Shown: positions 51,100 through 59,185 of the stretch, in pieces
Numbering within the stretch: the stretch's first letter is position 1
Layout of the letters: the number at the start of each line of letters is the position of its first letter
Source: Elusimicrobiota bacterium
GTDB taxonomy: Bacteria; Elusimicrobiota; Elusimicrobia; UBA1565
Length of the DNA: 64,000 nucleotides
Reading direction: 5' to 3'
Assembly: GCA_003450735.1 (NCBI GenBank)
Contig: DMEZ01000072.1
Location: 39,846-103,845 of the forward strand
The notes under the pieces: model-generated
What the model was told of the DNA's origin: nothing
What the model saw: the letters and a program-made list of their open reading frames with translations, nothing else
Databases searched by the model: none
Program-made: the position numbers and the translations under genes

Positions 51100-52224
51100 C
51101 TATTTGGTCAACGACGGGCTCTTGTAGAACGGCACGGCCGAGATCTCGGCCGCCATCCGGCGGCCGTGCAGCTCGACGCTCACCTTCGTGCCCGGCGCGA
51201 GGTCCGGCTTGGAAAGGTAGCCTACGCCGATGCCGGCCTGCAGGGTGGGCGAGAAGGTGGCGCTCGTGAGGGTCCCGAGCCGTTCCTCGCCCACCAGCAC
51301 CGGGGCGCCCGAGCGGGGCACGCCGCGCTCGAGGAGCTTCACGCCGAGCAGCTTGCGCTTGAGGCCCTCCTTCTTCTGGCGCTCGAGGGGCTCGCGGCCG
51401 ATGAAGCTCGGCTTGGCGAGCTTGACCACCCAGCCGTAGCCGGCTTCGTAGGGAGTGTGGTCGTCGTCCACGTCGCTCCCGTAGAGCAGGTAGCCGGCCT
51501 CCAGGCGCAGCGTATCGCGCGCGCCCAGGCCGCAGGGCACCAGTCCGTAGGACGCCCCCTCCGCAACCAGCGTCTCCCAGACGCGGGGGACGGTCTCGTT
51601 GGGGACGATGAGCTCGAAGCCGTCCTCCCCGGTGTAGCCCGTGCGGGTGATGAGGGAGTCCCGGTTGTAGAGCTGGAGCGGGAGGGCGCCGAAGCGCTTG
51701 AGCTTGGCCGCCTCCGGGGCGATGTCGGAGAGCAGGCGCTCGGCTTTCGGCCCCTGGAGGGCGACCATCCCGAAGTGCTCGCTGCGGTTCTCGAGGGTCA
51801 CGTTCATCCCCTCGGCGTGCTCGAGCAGCCAGGCGTAGTCCTTCGCGACGGTGGCCGCGTTGACCACGATGAAGACGTGCTGGGCCCCCAGGCGGGAGTA
51901 GATGATGTCGTCGACCACCCCGCCCTTCTCGTTGAGGATGTGGGCGTACATGGCATCGCCGTCCTTGAGGCGGGCGGCGTCGTTGGAGCTGACCTTCTGC
52001 ATGAAGGCGATGGCGTCGGGGCCCTTGACCTCGACCTGCCCCATGTGGGACACGTCGAAGATCCCGCAGGCCCGGCGGACGGCATGGTGCTCCTGCATGA
52101 CGCTGGAGTATTGCACGGGCAGCTCCCAGCCGTGGAAGTCCACCATCCTGCCGCCCGCTTCCTTATGAAGGTCGTAGAGCGCGGTGCGGCGCGGCAGGGT
52201 TGTGGTAGTCATGCGCATAGTCAT
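51100..52224 (-). CDS. gcvT: Glycine cleavage system aminomethyltransferase T
   Basis: RRTALYDLH, FHGWELPVQY, GIFDVSHMGQ, TGYTGEDGFE. Three in-frame ATGs lie at 52224, 52218 and 52212. Confidence 0.95.
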   Translation of the reverse strand: MTMRMTTTTLPRRTALYDLHKEAGGRMVDFHGWELPVQYSSVMQEHHAVRRACGIFDVSHMGQVEVKGPDAIAFMQKVSSNDAARLKDGDAMYAHILNEKGGVVDDIIYSRLGAQHVFIVVNAATVAKDYAWLLEHAEGMNVTLENRSEHFGMVALQGPKAERLLSDIAPEAAKLKRFGALPLQLYNRDSLITRTGYTGEDGFELIVPNETVPRVWETLVAEGASYGLVPCGLGARDTLRLEAGYLLYGSDVDDDHTPYEAGYGWVVKLAKPSFIGREPLERQKKEGLKRKLLGVKLLERGVPRSGAPVLVGEERLGTLTSATFSPTLQAGIGVGYLSKPDLAPGTKVSVELHGRRMAAEISAVPFYKSPSLTK

Positions 52225-52354
52225 ATCAAAAAATCAAGCCAGCGTAAACCGCGCCGAGGCCCGGGGCTTTCAACGTTCTGGGCCCTTGGGCCCAGACGCC
52301 TGCTGGGCCTTTCGGCCCTGTGTATCCGGGCCGTTCCGGCTAGACTCTACTACG

Positions 52355-53401
52355 GTGGTTTGCCGAGCACGCCTGACGTACTGCGCCGAAGCGCTCCTCG
52401 CTGGGGCGCTGCTTTTTTCCCCGCAAACCCCCGCGCTCGCCGCCGACAGCCTCGAAGCCCTCAAGGCCCGCGACGCCTTCGCCAGCCTCCAGTTCGGCCC
52501 CGCCCCGGCCCTCCTCGAAGGCTCCGCGGCGGACGCGGGCGAGGCCCGCAAGGTCTCCCTCGCCCCCGGCCTCAACATCTTCTTCATCAACGTGTTCCAG
52601 GGCGACGCGGAGCTCATCGAGCTGCCCAACGGCCAGAACCTGCTCATCGACGCGGGCCCCCCCGTCGCCCGCGACTCCCAGTTCACGACGCCCATCGTTT
52701 CGAACTTCCTGAAGAAGCGGGGCATCACGAAGATCGACCACCTGGTCTTGACCCACCCCCACGCCGACCACTACGGCGGGATGGAATGGGGCTTCGACAA
52801 CCTCCAAGTGGGGAATTTCTACGACACCCGCATCGACAACAGCGACGCCGCGGGGGACGACACCGTGCGGGCGAAGGCGAAGACGGAGCCCGGCTGCGCC
52901 GTTTCCTACCCCCGTGAAGGACAGCGCCTCGACCTCGCCCCGGGCGTCGAAGCCCAAGTCCTGCACAGCTGTCCGGACGTCTCCAAGTCCTCGGACTACG
53001 GACAGAACGCCGGCAACGCGCTCAACGATTGCTCCATCACCCTGAAGATCTCCTACCAGGGCGCCTCGGCTCTCTTCACCGGCGACATCGGGTCGGAGGT
53101 GGAGACCCGCCTGGTCAAGACCTATGGCAAGGCCCTCCAGTCCGACGTCCTGAAGGTCGGCCACCACGGCAGCGCCTACTCCTCGAGCGAGCCCTTCCTC
53201 AAGGCCGTGGCCCCGAAGGTCGCCTACATCGAGGTCGGCAAGTACAACGACTACGGCCACCCCACCCCCCTCATCCTCGAGCGCCTTGAGAAGCTGGGCA
53301 TCGCGCTGCACCGAACGGACAAAGAGGGGACGCTCGAGTACGCTCTGGGCCGCCTCGATTTCCAGGCCCTCGCCTTCCGACCTTCCCCCTACCCGAACTG
53401 A
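52355..53401 (+). CDS. Secreted MBL-fold hydrolase, ComEC C-terminal-domain type (paralogue 1)
   Basis: The GTG start gives signal-like (M)VCRARLTYCAEALLAGALLFSPQTPALA. VFQGDAELIELPNGQNLLIDAG, THPHADHYGG, KVGHHGS, GHP. Confidence 0.8.
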   Translation: MVCRARLTYCAEALLAGALLFSPQTPALAADSLEALKARDAFASLQFGPAPALLEGSAADAGEARKVSLAPGLNIFFINVFQGDAELIELPNGQNLLIDAGPPVARDSQFTTPIVSNFLKKRGITKIDHLVLTHPHADHYGGMEWGFDNLQVGNFYDTRIDNSDAAGDDTVRAKAKTEPGCAVSYPREGQRLDLAPGVEAQVLHSCPDVSKSSDYGQNAGNALNDCSITLKISYQGASALFTGDIGSEVETRLVKTYGKALQSDVLKVGHHGSAYSSSEPFLKAVAPKVAYIEVGKYNDYGHPTPLILERLEKLGIALHRTDKEGTLEYALGRLDFQALAFRPSPYPN

Positions 53402-53503
53402 GCGTCTAGGACCTTGGACCTATCGGACCTGGGCCTCCTGCCCCAGGACCTATCCGGGCCCGTAGGCCCTGCATATTTTTTGCTTTCCCTTTATACTCTA
53501 GGT

Positions 53504-54565
53504 ATGGCGGACTTAAAGGCGTTGAGAATCCTCGCGGCGGCGCTTCTCTCCTCGGGCGCGCTCGCCGTCTCGTGCCCGTCGTCCGCCGCCGATTCAGTCG
53601 AAGCCCTCAAGAGCCGCGAGCTGGACGCTTCCTACCGCCCCGCCGCCGCGGCCCCGGCCATCCTCGACGCCGGCGAAGTGGACACCCCCGAGTTCCAGAA
53701 GACCTCCCTGGGCCCGGGGCTGAACATCTACTTCGTCAGCGTGTTCCAGGGCGATGCGGAGCTCATCGAGCTGCCCAACGGCAAGAACGTCCTCATCGAC
53801 GCCGGCCCGGCCCCGGCCCCCGACTCCCAGTACAAGACCCCCATCGTCTCCTCCTTCCTCAAGAAGCACGGCGTCACCAAGATCGACCACATGGTCATGA
53901 CCCACCCCCACGCCGACCACTACGGCGGCATGCAGTGGATCTTCGAGAACCTCCAGGTGGACAACTTCTACGACACCCGCGTGGACAACTCCGACGCCGT
54001 GGTGGACAACTTCGTCCGGGAAGCCGCGAAGAAGGAGCCCGGCTGCGTGGTGCACTACCCGGCCGAGGGAGACACGCTCAACTGGGACCCCAGCGTCAAG
54101 ATCAAGGTCCTCAACGCCTGCCCCAACCGCGGCCGCTCGGCCGACCACAAGGACAAGGGCGCCTTCCTCAACAACTGCTCCATCATCCTCAAAATCAGCT
54201 ACCAGAGCTCCACGGCCCTTCTCATGGGAGACGCCCAGGACGAGGTCGAGGCCCGCCTCGTGGCCAGCTACGGGAAGGGCCTCAAGGCCGACGTCCTCAA
54301 GGTGGGCCATCACGGCAGCGCCTACTCCTCCACCGAAGCGTTCCTGAAGAAGGTGAAGCCGAAGAAGGCCTACATCGAGGTCGGCAAGTACAACGACTAC
54401 GGCCACCCCACCCAGGCCGCCCTCGGCCGGCTCGAAGCCATCGGCGCCGAGATCCACCGCACCGACAAAGAAGGCACCCTCACCTACGTGATGAAGCCCA
54501 CCAAGGAAGCCCCCCTCGGCGGCATCCAGAAGCTCACCCTCGGCCCCATCTTCTCCGCCAACTAA
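53504..54565 (+). CDS. Secreted MBL-fold hydrolase, ComEC C-terminal-domain type (paralogue 2)
   Basis: MADLKALRILAAALLSSGALAVSCPSSA. Same motifs as paralogue 1. The core is about 80% nt identical by eye. Confidence 0.85.
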   Translation: MADLKALRILAAALLSSGALAVSCPSSAADSVEALKSRELDASYRPAAAAPAILDAGEVDTPEFQKTSLGPGLNIYFVSVFQGDAELIELPNGKNVLIDAGPAPAPDSQYKTPIVSSFLKKHGVTKIDHMVMTHPHADHYGGMQWIFENLQVDNFYDTRVDNSDAVVDNFVREAAKKEPGCVVHYPAEGDTLNWDPSVKIKVLNACPNRGRSADHKDKGAFLNNCSIILKISYQSSTALLMGDAQDEVEARLVASYGKGLKADVLKVGHHGSAYSSTEAFLKKVKPKKAYIEVGKYNDYGHPTQAALGRLEAIGAEIHRTDKEGTLTYVMKPTKEAPLGGIQKLTLGPIFSAN

Positions 54566-55770
54566 GGCATCCGGAACAGGCTCGGCGCCTCCAGCACCCC
54601 GAAGCGCTCCGCCTCCAGCACCCCCGCCCGCTTGAGCGTCCCACGCCCGAACTCCTCATTGACCTCATCCATGGCTTGCGCGGCGAGGCGCCCCTTCTCC
54701 AGGTGCTCAAGAAGGAAGGGCGGGCTCTCCTGCAGGACGAGGCTCGAGACGCACACCCCGAGCTGGCGCAGGGGCCGCTCGGGGCGCATCTCATGGAGGA
54801 TGTCGAGCGCGACCCCGCAGAGGGCGGGCCCGTCGCAGAGCGGCTCGTCCAGGGTGCGGCTTTTGGAGAAGCCTCGAAAATCGTCGTAGCGGCAGCTCGC
54901 GCTCACCGTGCGGCCCATGAGTCCGCCCCTGCGCAGGCGCACGCCCACTTTCTCCGCGAGCAGGAGCATGAAGGAACGGACGACCTCGGGGTCGCTCGTG
55001 TCCTGCGGGAGGGTGGTGCTGTGCCCCACGCTCTTGACCGCCTCAAGCTCCGTCGAGCGCCGCACCGGGCTCTCGTCCTCGCCCCGCCCCCAGCGCCTCA
55101 TCCAGTACCCCCAGAAGCCGAACTCGGCCTGCAAAAGGTCGAGCGGGGCGGCCCCCAGCTGGCCGCAGGTGCGGATGCCGAGACGGTTCAGGCTCTCCTT
55201 GAGCCGGGGCCCGATGCCGCAGAGCTCCTCGACCGGCAGCTCCGCCAGCAGGCCCGCCACGTCCTCGGGCCTGATCTCATAAAGCCCCATGGGCTTGCGC
55301 AGGCCGGAGGCCAGCTTGGCCAAGAGCTTGTTGGGCGCGGCCCCCACCGAGCAGGGCAGGCCGAGCTCGTCTTTGATGCGCGCCTGGAGGCGGCGGGCCA
55401 CCCCGAGCCCATCCGTCTTGAAGAGCTTCAGGCTGCCGGTGACGTCCAGGTAGCCCTCGTCGATGGAGGCCACCTCGACCTGGTCGGAATAGTCCTCGAG
55501 GACGCGGACGATCTCGCGGGTCTGGGCGACGTACTTCCTGGGGTCGCCCACCACCGGGATGAGCCCGTGGCAGAGGCGCCGGGCGTCCCAGTAGAGGTTC
55601 CCGGTCTTCACCCCGAAGGCGCGCGCCTCGTAGGAGGCGGTCAAAACGATGCTCCGGCGCTTGAGGTCGCCCACCACCGCCACCGGCCTGCCGCGCAGCG
55701 CGGGGTTCGCCTTCTGCTCCACCGAGGCGAAGTACGCGTTCATGTCGAGGTGCAGGACGACGCGGCTCAT
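54562..55770 (-). CDS. dinB: DNA polymerase IV (Y-family)
   Basis: MSRVVLHLDMNAYFASVEQ, SIDEGYLDVT, GIGPRL. The ATG overlaps the orf82 stop (ATGA). Confidence 0.92.
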   Translation of the reverse strand: MSRVVLHLDMNAYFASVEQKANPALRGRPVAVVGDLKRRSIVLTASYEARAFGVKTGNLYWDARRLCHGLIPVVGDPRKYVAQTREIVRVLEDYSDQVEVASIDEGYLDVTGSLKLFKTDGLGVARRLQARIKDELGLPCSVGAAPNKLLAKLASGLRKPMGLYEIRPEDVAGLLAELPVEELCGIGPRLKESLNRLGIRTCGQLGAAPLDLLQAEFGFWGYWMRRWGRGEDESPVRRSTELEAVKSVGHSTTLPQDTSDPEVVRSFMLLLAEKVGVRLRRGGLMGRTVSASCRYDDFRGFSKSRTLDEPLCDGPALCGVALDILHEMRPERPLRQLGVCVSSLVLQESPPFLLEHLEKGRLAAQAMDEVNEEFGRGTLKRAGVLEAERFGVLEAPSLFRMP

Positions 55771-56015
55771 TCGGAGCAGACCTTCTCGAGGCGCCACTCC
55801 ATGGACTTGTGGTCGAGGCGCAGCTGCCAGACGCTGCCGCCGGAGGAGACGGAGAAATAGCTCAGGGGGGCCTCGCCGGCCTTCCCCTTCCAGACCATGT
55901 TCACGGACGAGACGTCATGGCGGACCCCGGCCCAGACGAACCACCTGGGGAGGACCTTCCCCCCCTTGAAGACCGCGCCCACCTGGACGGGCTCATCCAC
56001 CTCTTCGACGCGCAT
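55767..56015 (-). CDS. Small hypothetical protein (82 aa) between lexA and dinB
   Basis: MRVEEVDEPVQVGAVFKGGKVLPRWFVWAGVRHDVSSVNMVWKG...YFSVSSGGSVWQLRLDHKSMEWRLEKV. Trp-rich, beta-like, normal composition. Coupled to dinB. Confidence 0.55.
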   Translation of the reverse strand: MRVEEVDEPVQVGAVFKGGKVLPRWFVWAGVRHDVSSVNMVWKGKAGEAPLSYFSVSSGGSVWQLRLDHKSMEWRLEKVCSE

Positions 56016-56577
56016 AGTCCCTCAGGAGCCCGACGACCTTGCCGACCACCCTGAACGGCTTTCGGACCGGCGGGTAGGCGGGGTTGGCCGCCTCGAGCCA
56101 GGCCTTCCCCCCCCGCCGGCGCAGGCGCTTGAGCGTCGCCTCTGCCCCGTCGACGTGGGCGATGACGAGGTCGCCGTCCTGGGCGTCCGGCGCCTGGACG
56201 ACCAGCACGAGGTCGCCGGGCTTGAGCTCGGGGGCCATGCTCTCGCCCTTGACGCGCAGGAGGTAGTCGGCCTTCAGCTCGCGCAGGTCGAGGCGGCCTT
56301 CGGCGTCCTCGAGAGCCTCCGAGGGCGGCCCCGCGGGCACGCGGCCGAGGACGGGCAGGCCGGCCTCTTCGACCACCTGGAGGCCGCGGGCGATACGGTC
56401 CTTCAGCCGCTTGAGCGCCCCCTTGGCCAGGAGGGCGCGCACCTGCTTCTGCAGGCCGCCGGCGGTGATGGAGAAGTGCGCGGCGATCTCGCGCAAGGAG
56501 GGCGGCACGCCGGTCTCGCGGGAGCGGCGCGCGATGAAGTCGAGGAGGGTCTTCTGACGGTCGGTGAGGGGCCGCAT
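55993..56577 (-). CDS. lexA: LexA repressor
   Basis: MRPLTDRQKTLLDFI (wHTH), cleavage site VPAGPP (Ala-Gly), Ser in VKGESMAP, Lys in ATLKRL. The track start at 56604 lies inside the operator palindrome. Confidence 0.9.
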   Translation of the reverse strand: MRPLTDRQKTLLDFIARRSRETGVPPSLREIAAHFSITAGGLQKQVRALLAKGALKRLKDRIARGLQVVEEAGLPVLGRVPAGPPSEALEDAEGRLDLRELKADYLLRVKGESMAPELKPGDLVLVVQAPDAQDGDLVIAHVDGAEATLKRLRRRGGKAWLEAANPAYPPVRKPFRVVGKVVGLLRDYARRRGG

Positions 56578-56584
56578 GGGGATA

Positions 56585-56602
56585 GGATTACAGATGTAAT
56601 CC
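56585..56602. promoter_or_regulatory. Putative LexA operator: perfect 8+8 inverted repeat GGATTACA-NN-TGTAATCC (core TTAC-N4-GTAA)
   Basis: ggattacagatgtaatcc at 56585-56602, 8 nt upstream of the lexA ATG, spanning the -10 and spacer of the predicted promoter. Confidence 0.6.
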
Positions 56603-56612
56603 ATCCTGTCAA
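56585..56612 (-). promoter_or_regulatory. lexA promoter TTGACA-N16-TAATCC, -10 ending 7 nt before the ATG
   Basis: The minus strand reads TTGACAggatggattacatctgTAATCCtatccccATG. Confidence 0.45.
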
Positions 56613-56622
56613 GGGCCGGAGG

Positions 56623-57057
56623 TCAGGCGGGGAAGTATCTGTCCAGGAACTCGCGCGGAGTGAGGATCCGAACGCCCTGGAACTCGCCCAGGACGCGGAT
56701 GTGCTTCATGCTGCCGGTGACCAGCGCCTCGGCCTTGGCATCCAGGGCGCACTCCAGGATCCGGTCGTCATCCTCTTTGCCCGCGACACCCCGCACGCGG
56801 GAGGCAGGCTCGATCACCCAGAGGAAACCTTTGAGCTTCTTGCGCAGGGTGGAGATCCTCTCGGCGTCCCAGCCGGCCTTTCTGAACAGGTTCTTCTCGA
56901 GCTCCTTCAGGATGAAGCCCGACACGAACGCCTCGATCCTTCCGGTGCGCGCCAAGTCGAGGACGCGAGAAGGCGGACTGTCCTGCGGGAAGGCGACGGC
57001 TGAGAACAGGACGTTCGTGTCGATGACGACCCGGAGGAGCCTACTTCCGTCCGGCAT
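56623..57057 (-). CDS. PIN-domain toxin (TIGR00305-like)
   Basis: MPDGSRLLRVVIDTNVLFSAV, DDDRILECALDAKAEALVTGS. Overlaps the antitoxin stop by 17 nt. Confidence 0.8.
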   Translation of the reverse strand: MPDGSRLLRVVIDTNVLFSAVAFPQDSPPSRVLDLARTGRIEAFVSGFILKELEKNLFRKAGWDAERISTLRKKLKGFLWVIEPASRVRGVAGKEDDDRILECALDAKAEALVTGSMKHIRVLGEFQGVRILTPREFLDRYFPA

Positions 57058-57289
57058 CGACGAGCCGCTCGACGTCGGCTTCGCTCCGGATACCGGCAAG
57101 CTTCGCCTTGCGCCGGCCGTAGGCCAGGAGGTCCTGCCACTCCTGCTCGTCTCTCTGGTAGCGGCGCAGCGCCTCGCGGAAGAGCTCGGAGCGGGTCATG
57201 CCTTTTGCCCGAGCCAGCTCCATGGCCTCCTGGTAGAGCCCCGGAGGGAGGGAGATGGTCGTCGTTTTGCTGACTCTCTTGGTCTTCAT
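57041..57289 (-). CDS. Ribbon-helix-helix (CopG-like) antitoxin
   Basis: MKTKRVSKTTTISLPPGLYQEAMELARAKGMTRSELFREALRRY. Confidence 0.8.
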   Translation of the reverse strand: MKTKRVSKTTTISLPPGLYQEAMELARAKGMTRSELFREALRRYQRDEQEWQDLLAYGRRKAKLAGIRSEADVERLVDAGRK

Positions 57290-57314
57290 GGTTGTTATAT
57301 TGTGTTACAGATAC

Positions 57315-57343
57315 AGTATAGGCCGGAGCCGGACGCCCGTCAA
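57315..57343 (-). promoter_or_regulatory. Toxin-antitoxin operon promoter TTGACG-N17-TATACT followed by direct repeat CTGTA-T-CTGTA
   Basis: The minus strand reads TTGACGggcgtccggctccggccTATACTGTATCTGTAACAC. Confidence 0.5.
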
Positions 57344-57594
57344 GAGCCGGAGGCGGCCGCGCGCTCACGATCGCCCCCCCGGGACACATGCGCCATTCAT
57401 GGGCTCGTGAGGATGCGACCTCCCAGTTCACAAAACGGGGCGTTTTGTGCGTCCGGAGCTCACATTTCGCAGCAGCAAGAAAAATCTCATGTGCCCGGGG
57501 AGGGCGGCGCGGACGTCTACAGGCAGGGCCCCTTTCAGCGGCTACCGAGTCGCCCCGTCGGCCCGGCGCTCGCCGCCGGCCGCCGGGAGGCTCC

Positions 57595-57614
57595 GACTAT
57601 CCCCGGGGATAGTC
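57595..57614. repeat. Perfect 20-bp palindrome GACTATCCCCGGGGATAGTC
   Basis: Read directly from the sequence. It lies in a 378-bp stretch with no credible ORF, about 110 nt downstream of the PilZ-like gene stop. Confidence 0.9.
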
Positions 57615-57721
57615 CGGTCCCCGCTGTGTGTCTTCGAAGTCCGCGCGAGGCCGGATGTCCGATCCTGTTCTCGACGGGACCCGCCCTATTCCGAGTAGTT
57701 CAAGAAAGTCACGCGTGCCGG

Positions 57722-58027
57722 CTACGGCCTTTCGGCGAGCAGTCCGACCAGCGCGCGGCCGAGGCGGCCCCGCGTGTCCTCGTCCAGGAAGCGGACTTCC
57801 GCCACGAAGTAGCCGTCCCGGTCGCGCCAGGCCGTGAGCAGGTCGGCCCGCGCGAGCTCGAAGCGCTCCCCCTGCACCTCGAAGCCGAGCCTGAGCGTGT
57901 CCCCCTTGTTCAGCCTGGCCGTCGTCGCGAGCTCCCCCCCGTTGGCGGCCAGGCGCAGGAAGCGCCCCCAGGCCTCCGGGCGGCCGTCGCTGTCGGGGAA
58001 CTGCAGGGAGACGGGAAGGTGCCTCAC
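57722..58027 (-). CDS. Small PilZ-like protein (101 aa) with degenerate c-di-GMP motifs
   Basis: GTG at 58027 overlaps the upstream stop (GTGA). (M)RHLPVSLQFPDSDGRPEAWGRFLRLAANGGELATTARLNKGDTLRLGFEV...YFVAEVRFLDED. The rest of track ORF 57722..58882 is Arg/Gly/Pro-rich. Confidence 0.5.
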   Translation of the reverse strand: MRHLPVSLQFPDSDGRPEAWGRFLRLAANGGELATTARLNKGDTLRLGFEVQGERFELARADLLTAWRDRDGYFVAEVRFLDEDTRGRLGRALVGLLAERP

Positions 58028-59184
58028 CGGGGCTGGATCGCGACGAGGTGCTCGAAGAGGCGCGCGGGCTCCGAACCCTTGGGCGCCTGCTCGGCCACGG
58101 ACCAGAAGCGCTGGCCGTCGAAGGCGAGGCCCATGGGCTTCCAGCCGCCCTTCTTGTACTCCGGCAGGGCGATGCGGCGCAGGACCTTCTCCGGGTTCGC
58201 GATGTCGTGCTCCACGAGCTCGCGGCTGGCCGCGTCCAGCGACCACAGGGAGCGCCCATCGTAGGCCAGGGCGGCGGGTTTGAGGCCCGGCACCTTGTAG
58301 CTCGAGACGATGCTCAGCCGTTCGTCGAAGATGCGCTTGTGCAGACGGCCGTCCCGGCCCTCGCAGGTCCACAGATAGAGCCCGTCGTAGGCCATGCCCA
58401 CCGTCTGCGGCGCCAGGTCGTCCACCCGGGCCAGGACGCTCAGCTTGTCGTCGAGCATGTGCTTGACCAGGCCTCGGGGGCCCGAGGCCGACCAGAGCGC
58501 GTCCGCCGCGAAGGCCAGGGCGCCCGGGACCTCGGCCGGGAAGTGGACGGCGCGCGTCACGGCCATGCCGCGCGGGTCGTGCAGGTAGAGGGTCTGCGAG
58601 AACCAGTCCGACACCCACAGCTGCCCGCCGTGGAAGGCCAGGCCGGCGGGGTGGTTGTAGGGCAGAAGCCACTCGCTCGGCCGCGTCGGCGGCGGAGGCT
58701 TGGGCGAGGTGCGCACCGACCAGAGGGCCCCGGCCACCGCCATCACGGCCAGGACGGCCAGGAAGAGGACGAAAGGCTTGCGGCCGGAAGCCGCCGCGAG
58801 GCCCGGGCGCACCACCTCGAACTCGGTGCCCCGGGAACGGGCGGCCTTGTCGAGCGCCGCGGCCAGGTTCTCCGGCGTCCACGGGGAGCCCACCACCTCG
58901 AAGGCGCCCAGGCGCAGGAGCTCGAGCGCCCGCGCCGCGCCGCGGGGCTGGATGGCCGCGACCACCGGGAGCAGGGGCGCCTCCCTGCGCAGGTCGGCGA
59001 GGACGGGCGAGACGTCGTCGCCGCTCTCGACGAGAAGGGCCAGGTGGGGCCGCTGGCCTTTCACGATCTCGAGCAGGCCCGCCAGGTCCCCCGCCCAGAG
59101 CACCGAGTGGCCGCGCTCCTCGGCGGCGAGCTTGAGCTCGTCCCGGCTCCTCTCGTCCCTGGAGTAGAGCGCGAGGATGGCCAC
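58024..59184 (-). CDS. Pseudo-receiver / TM / beta-propeller protein
   Basis: The N-domain aligns to CheY, but Asp57 is Glu (LALLVES), Thr87 is Ile and Lys109 is Ser. TM segment FVLFLAVLAVMAVAGALW. Five blade-like repeats follow (GLAFHGGQLWVSD, LAFAADALWSAS, MAYDGLYLWTCE, LAYDGRSLWSLD, LAFDGQRFWSVA). Confidence 0.75.
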   Translation of the reverse strand: MAILALYSRDERSRDELKLAAEERGHSVLWAGDLAGLLEIVKGQRPHLALLVESGDDVSPVLADLRREAPLLPVVAAIQPRGAARALELLRLGAFEVVGSPWTPENLAAALDKAARSRGTEFEVVRPGLAAASGRKPFVLFLAVLAVMAVAGALWSVRTSPKPPPPTRPSEWLLPYNHPAGLAFHGGQLWVSDWFSQTLYLHDPRGMAVTRAVHFPAEVPGALAFAADALWSASGPRGLVKHMLDDKLSVLARVDDLAPQTVGMAYDGLYLWTCEGRDGRLHKRIFDERLSIVSSYKVPGLKPAALAYDGRSLWSLDAASRELVEHDIANPEKVLRRIALPEYKKGGWKPMGLAFDGQRFWSVAEQAPKGSEPARLFEHLVAIQPR

Positions 59185-59185
59185 G

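Noticed and set aside
52225-52354. Glycine riboswitch upstream of gcvT
   Set aside because: This is the expected location, but the 130-nt leader lacks the conserved GGAGAG / CACCGAAGGGGCAA / CUCAGGCAAAAGGAC elements. It contains only short GC hairpins (gggccgaaaggccc, tgggcccaagggccca) and must also hold the divergent MBL-1 promoter. An Infernal scan would settle it.
56578-56604. Upstream ATG (56604, MDYICNPIP) as the lexA start
   Set aside because: These codons are the operator palindrome and -10 region themselves. LexA homologues begin at the MRPLT..Q..L helix, and the -35/-10 spacing places the TSS at 56577.
57301-57320. Second LexA box in the toxin-antitoxin promoter (shares ATCTGTAA with the lexA operator and TACTGTAT with the E. 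coli consensus half-site)
   Set aside because: The repeats here are direct (CTGTA-T-CTGTA), not inverted, and the partner half-site TTACAG is absent. It is more consistent with an RHH antitoxin operator.
57605-57622. GGGGATAGTCCGGTCCCC, resembling the RNase P RNA GGAAAGUCCGGGCUCC (P4) element
   Set aside because: None of the other universally conserved RNase P segments (GGUAAGAGCGCACC, ACAGAANCCGGCUUA) occur within 400 nt on either strand. The match is part of the 20-bp palindrome.
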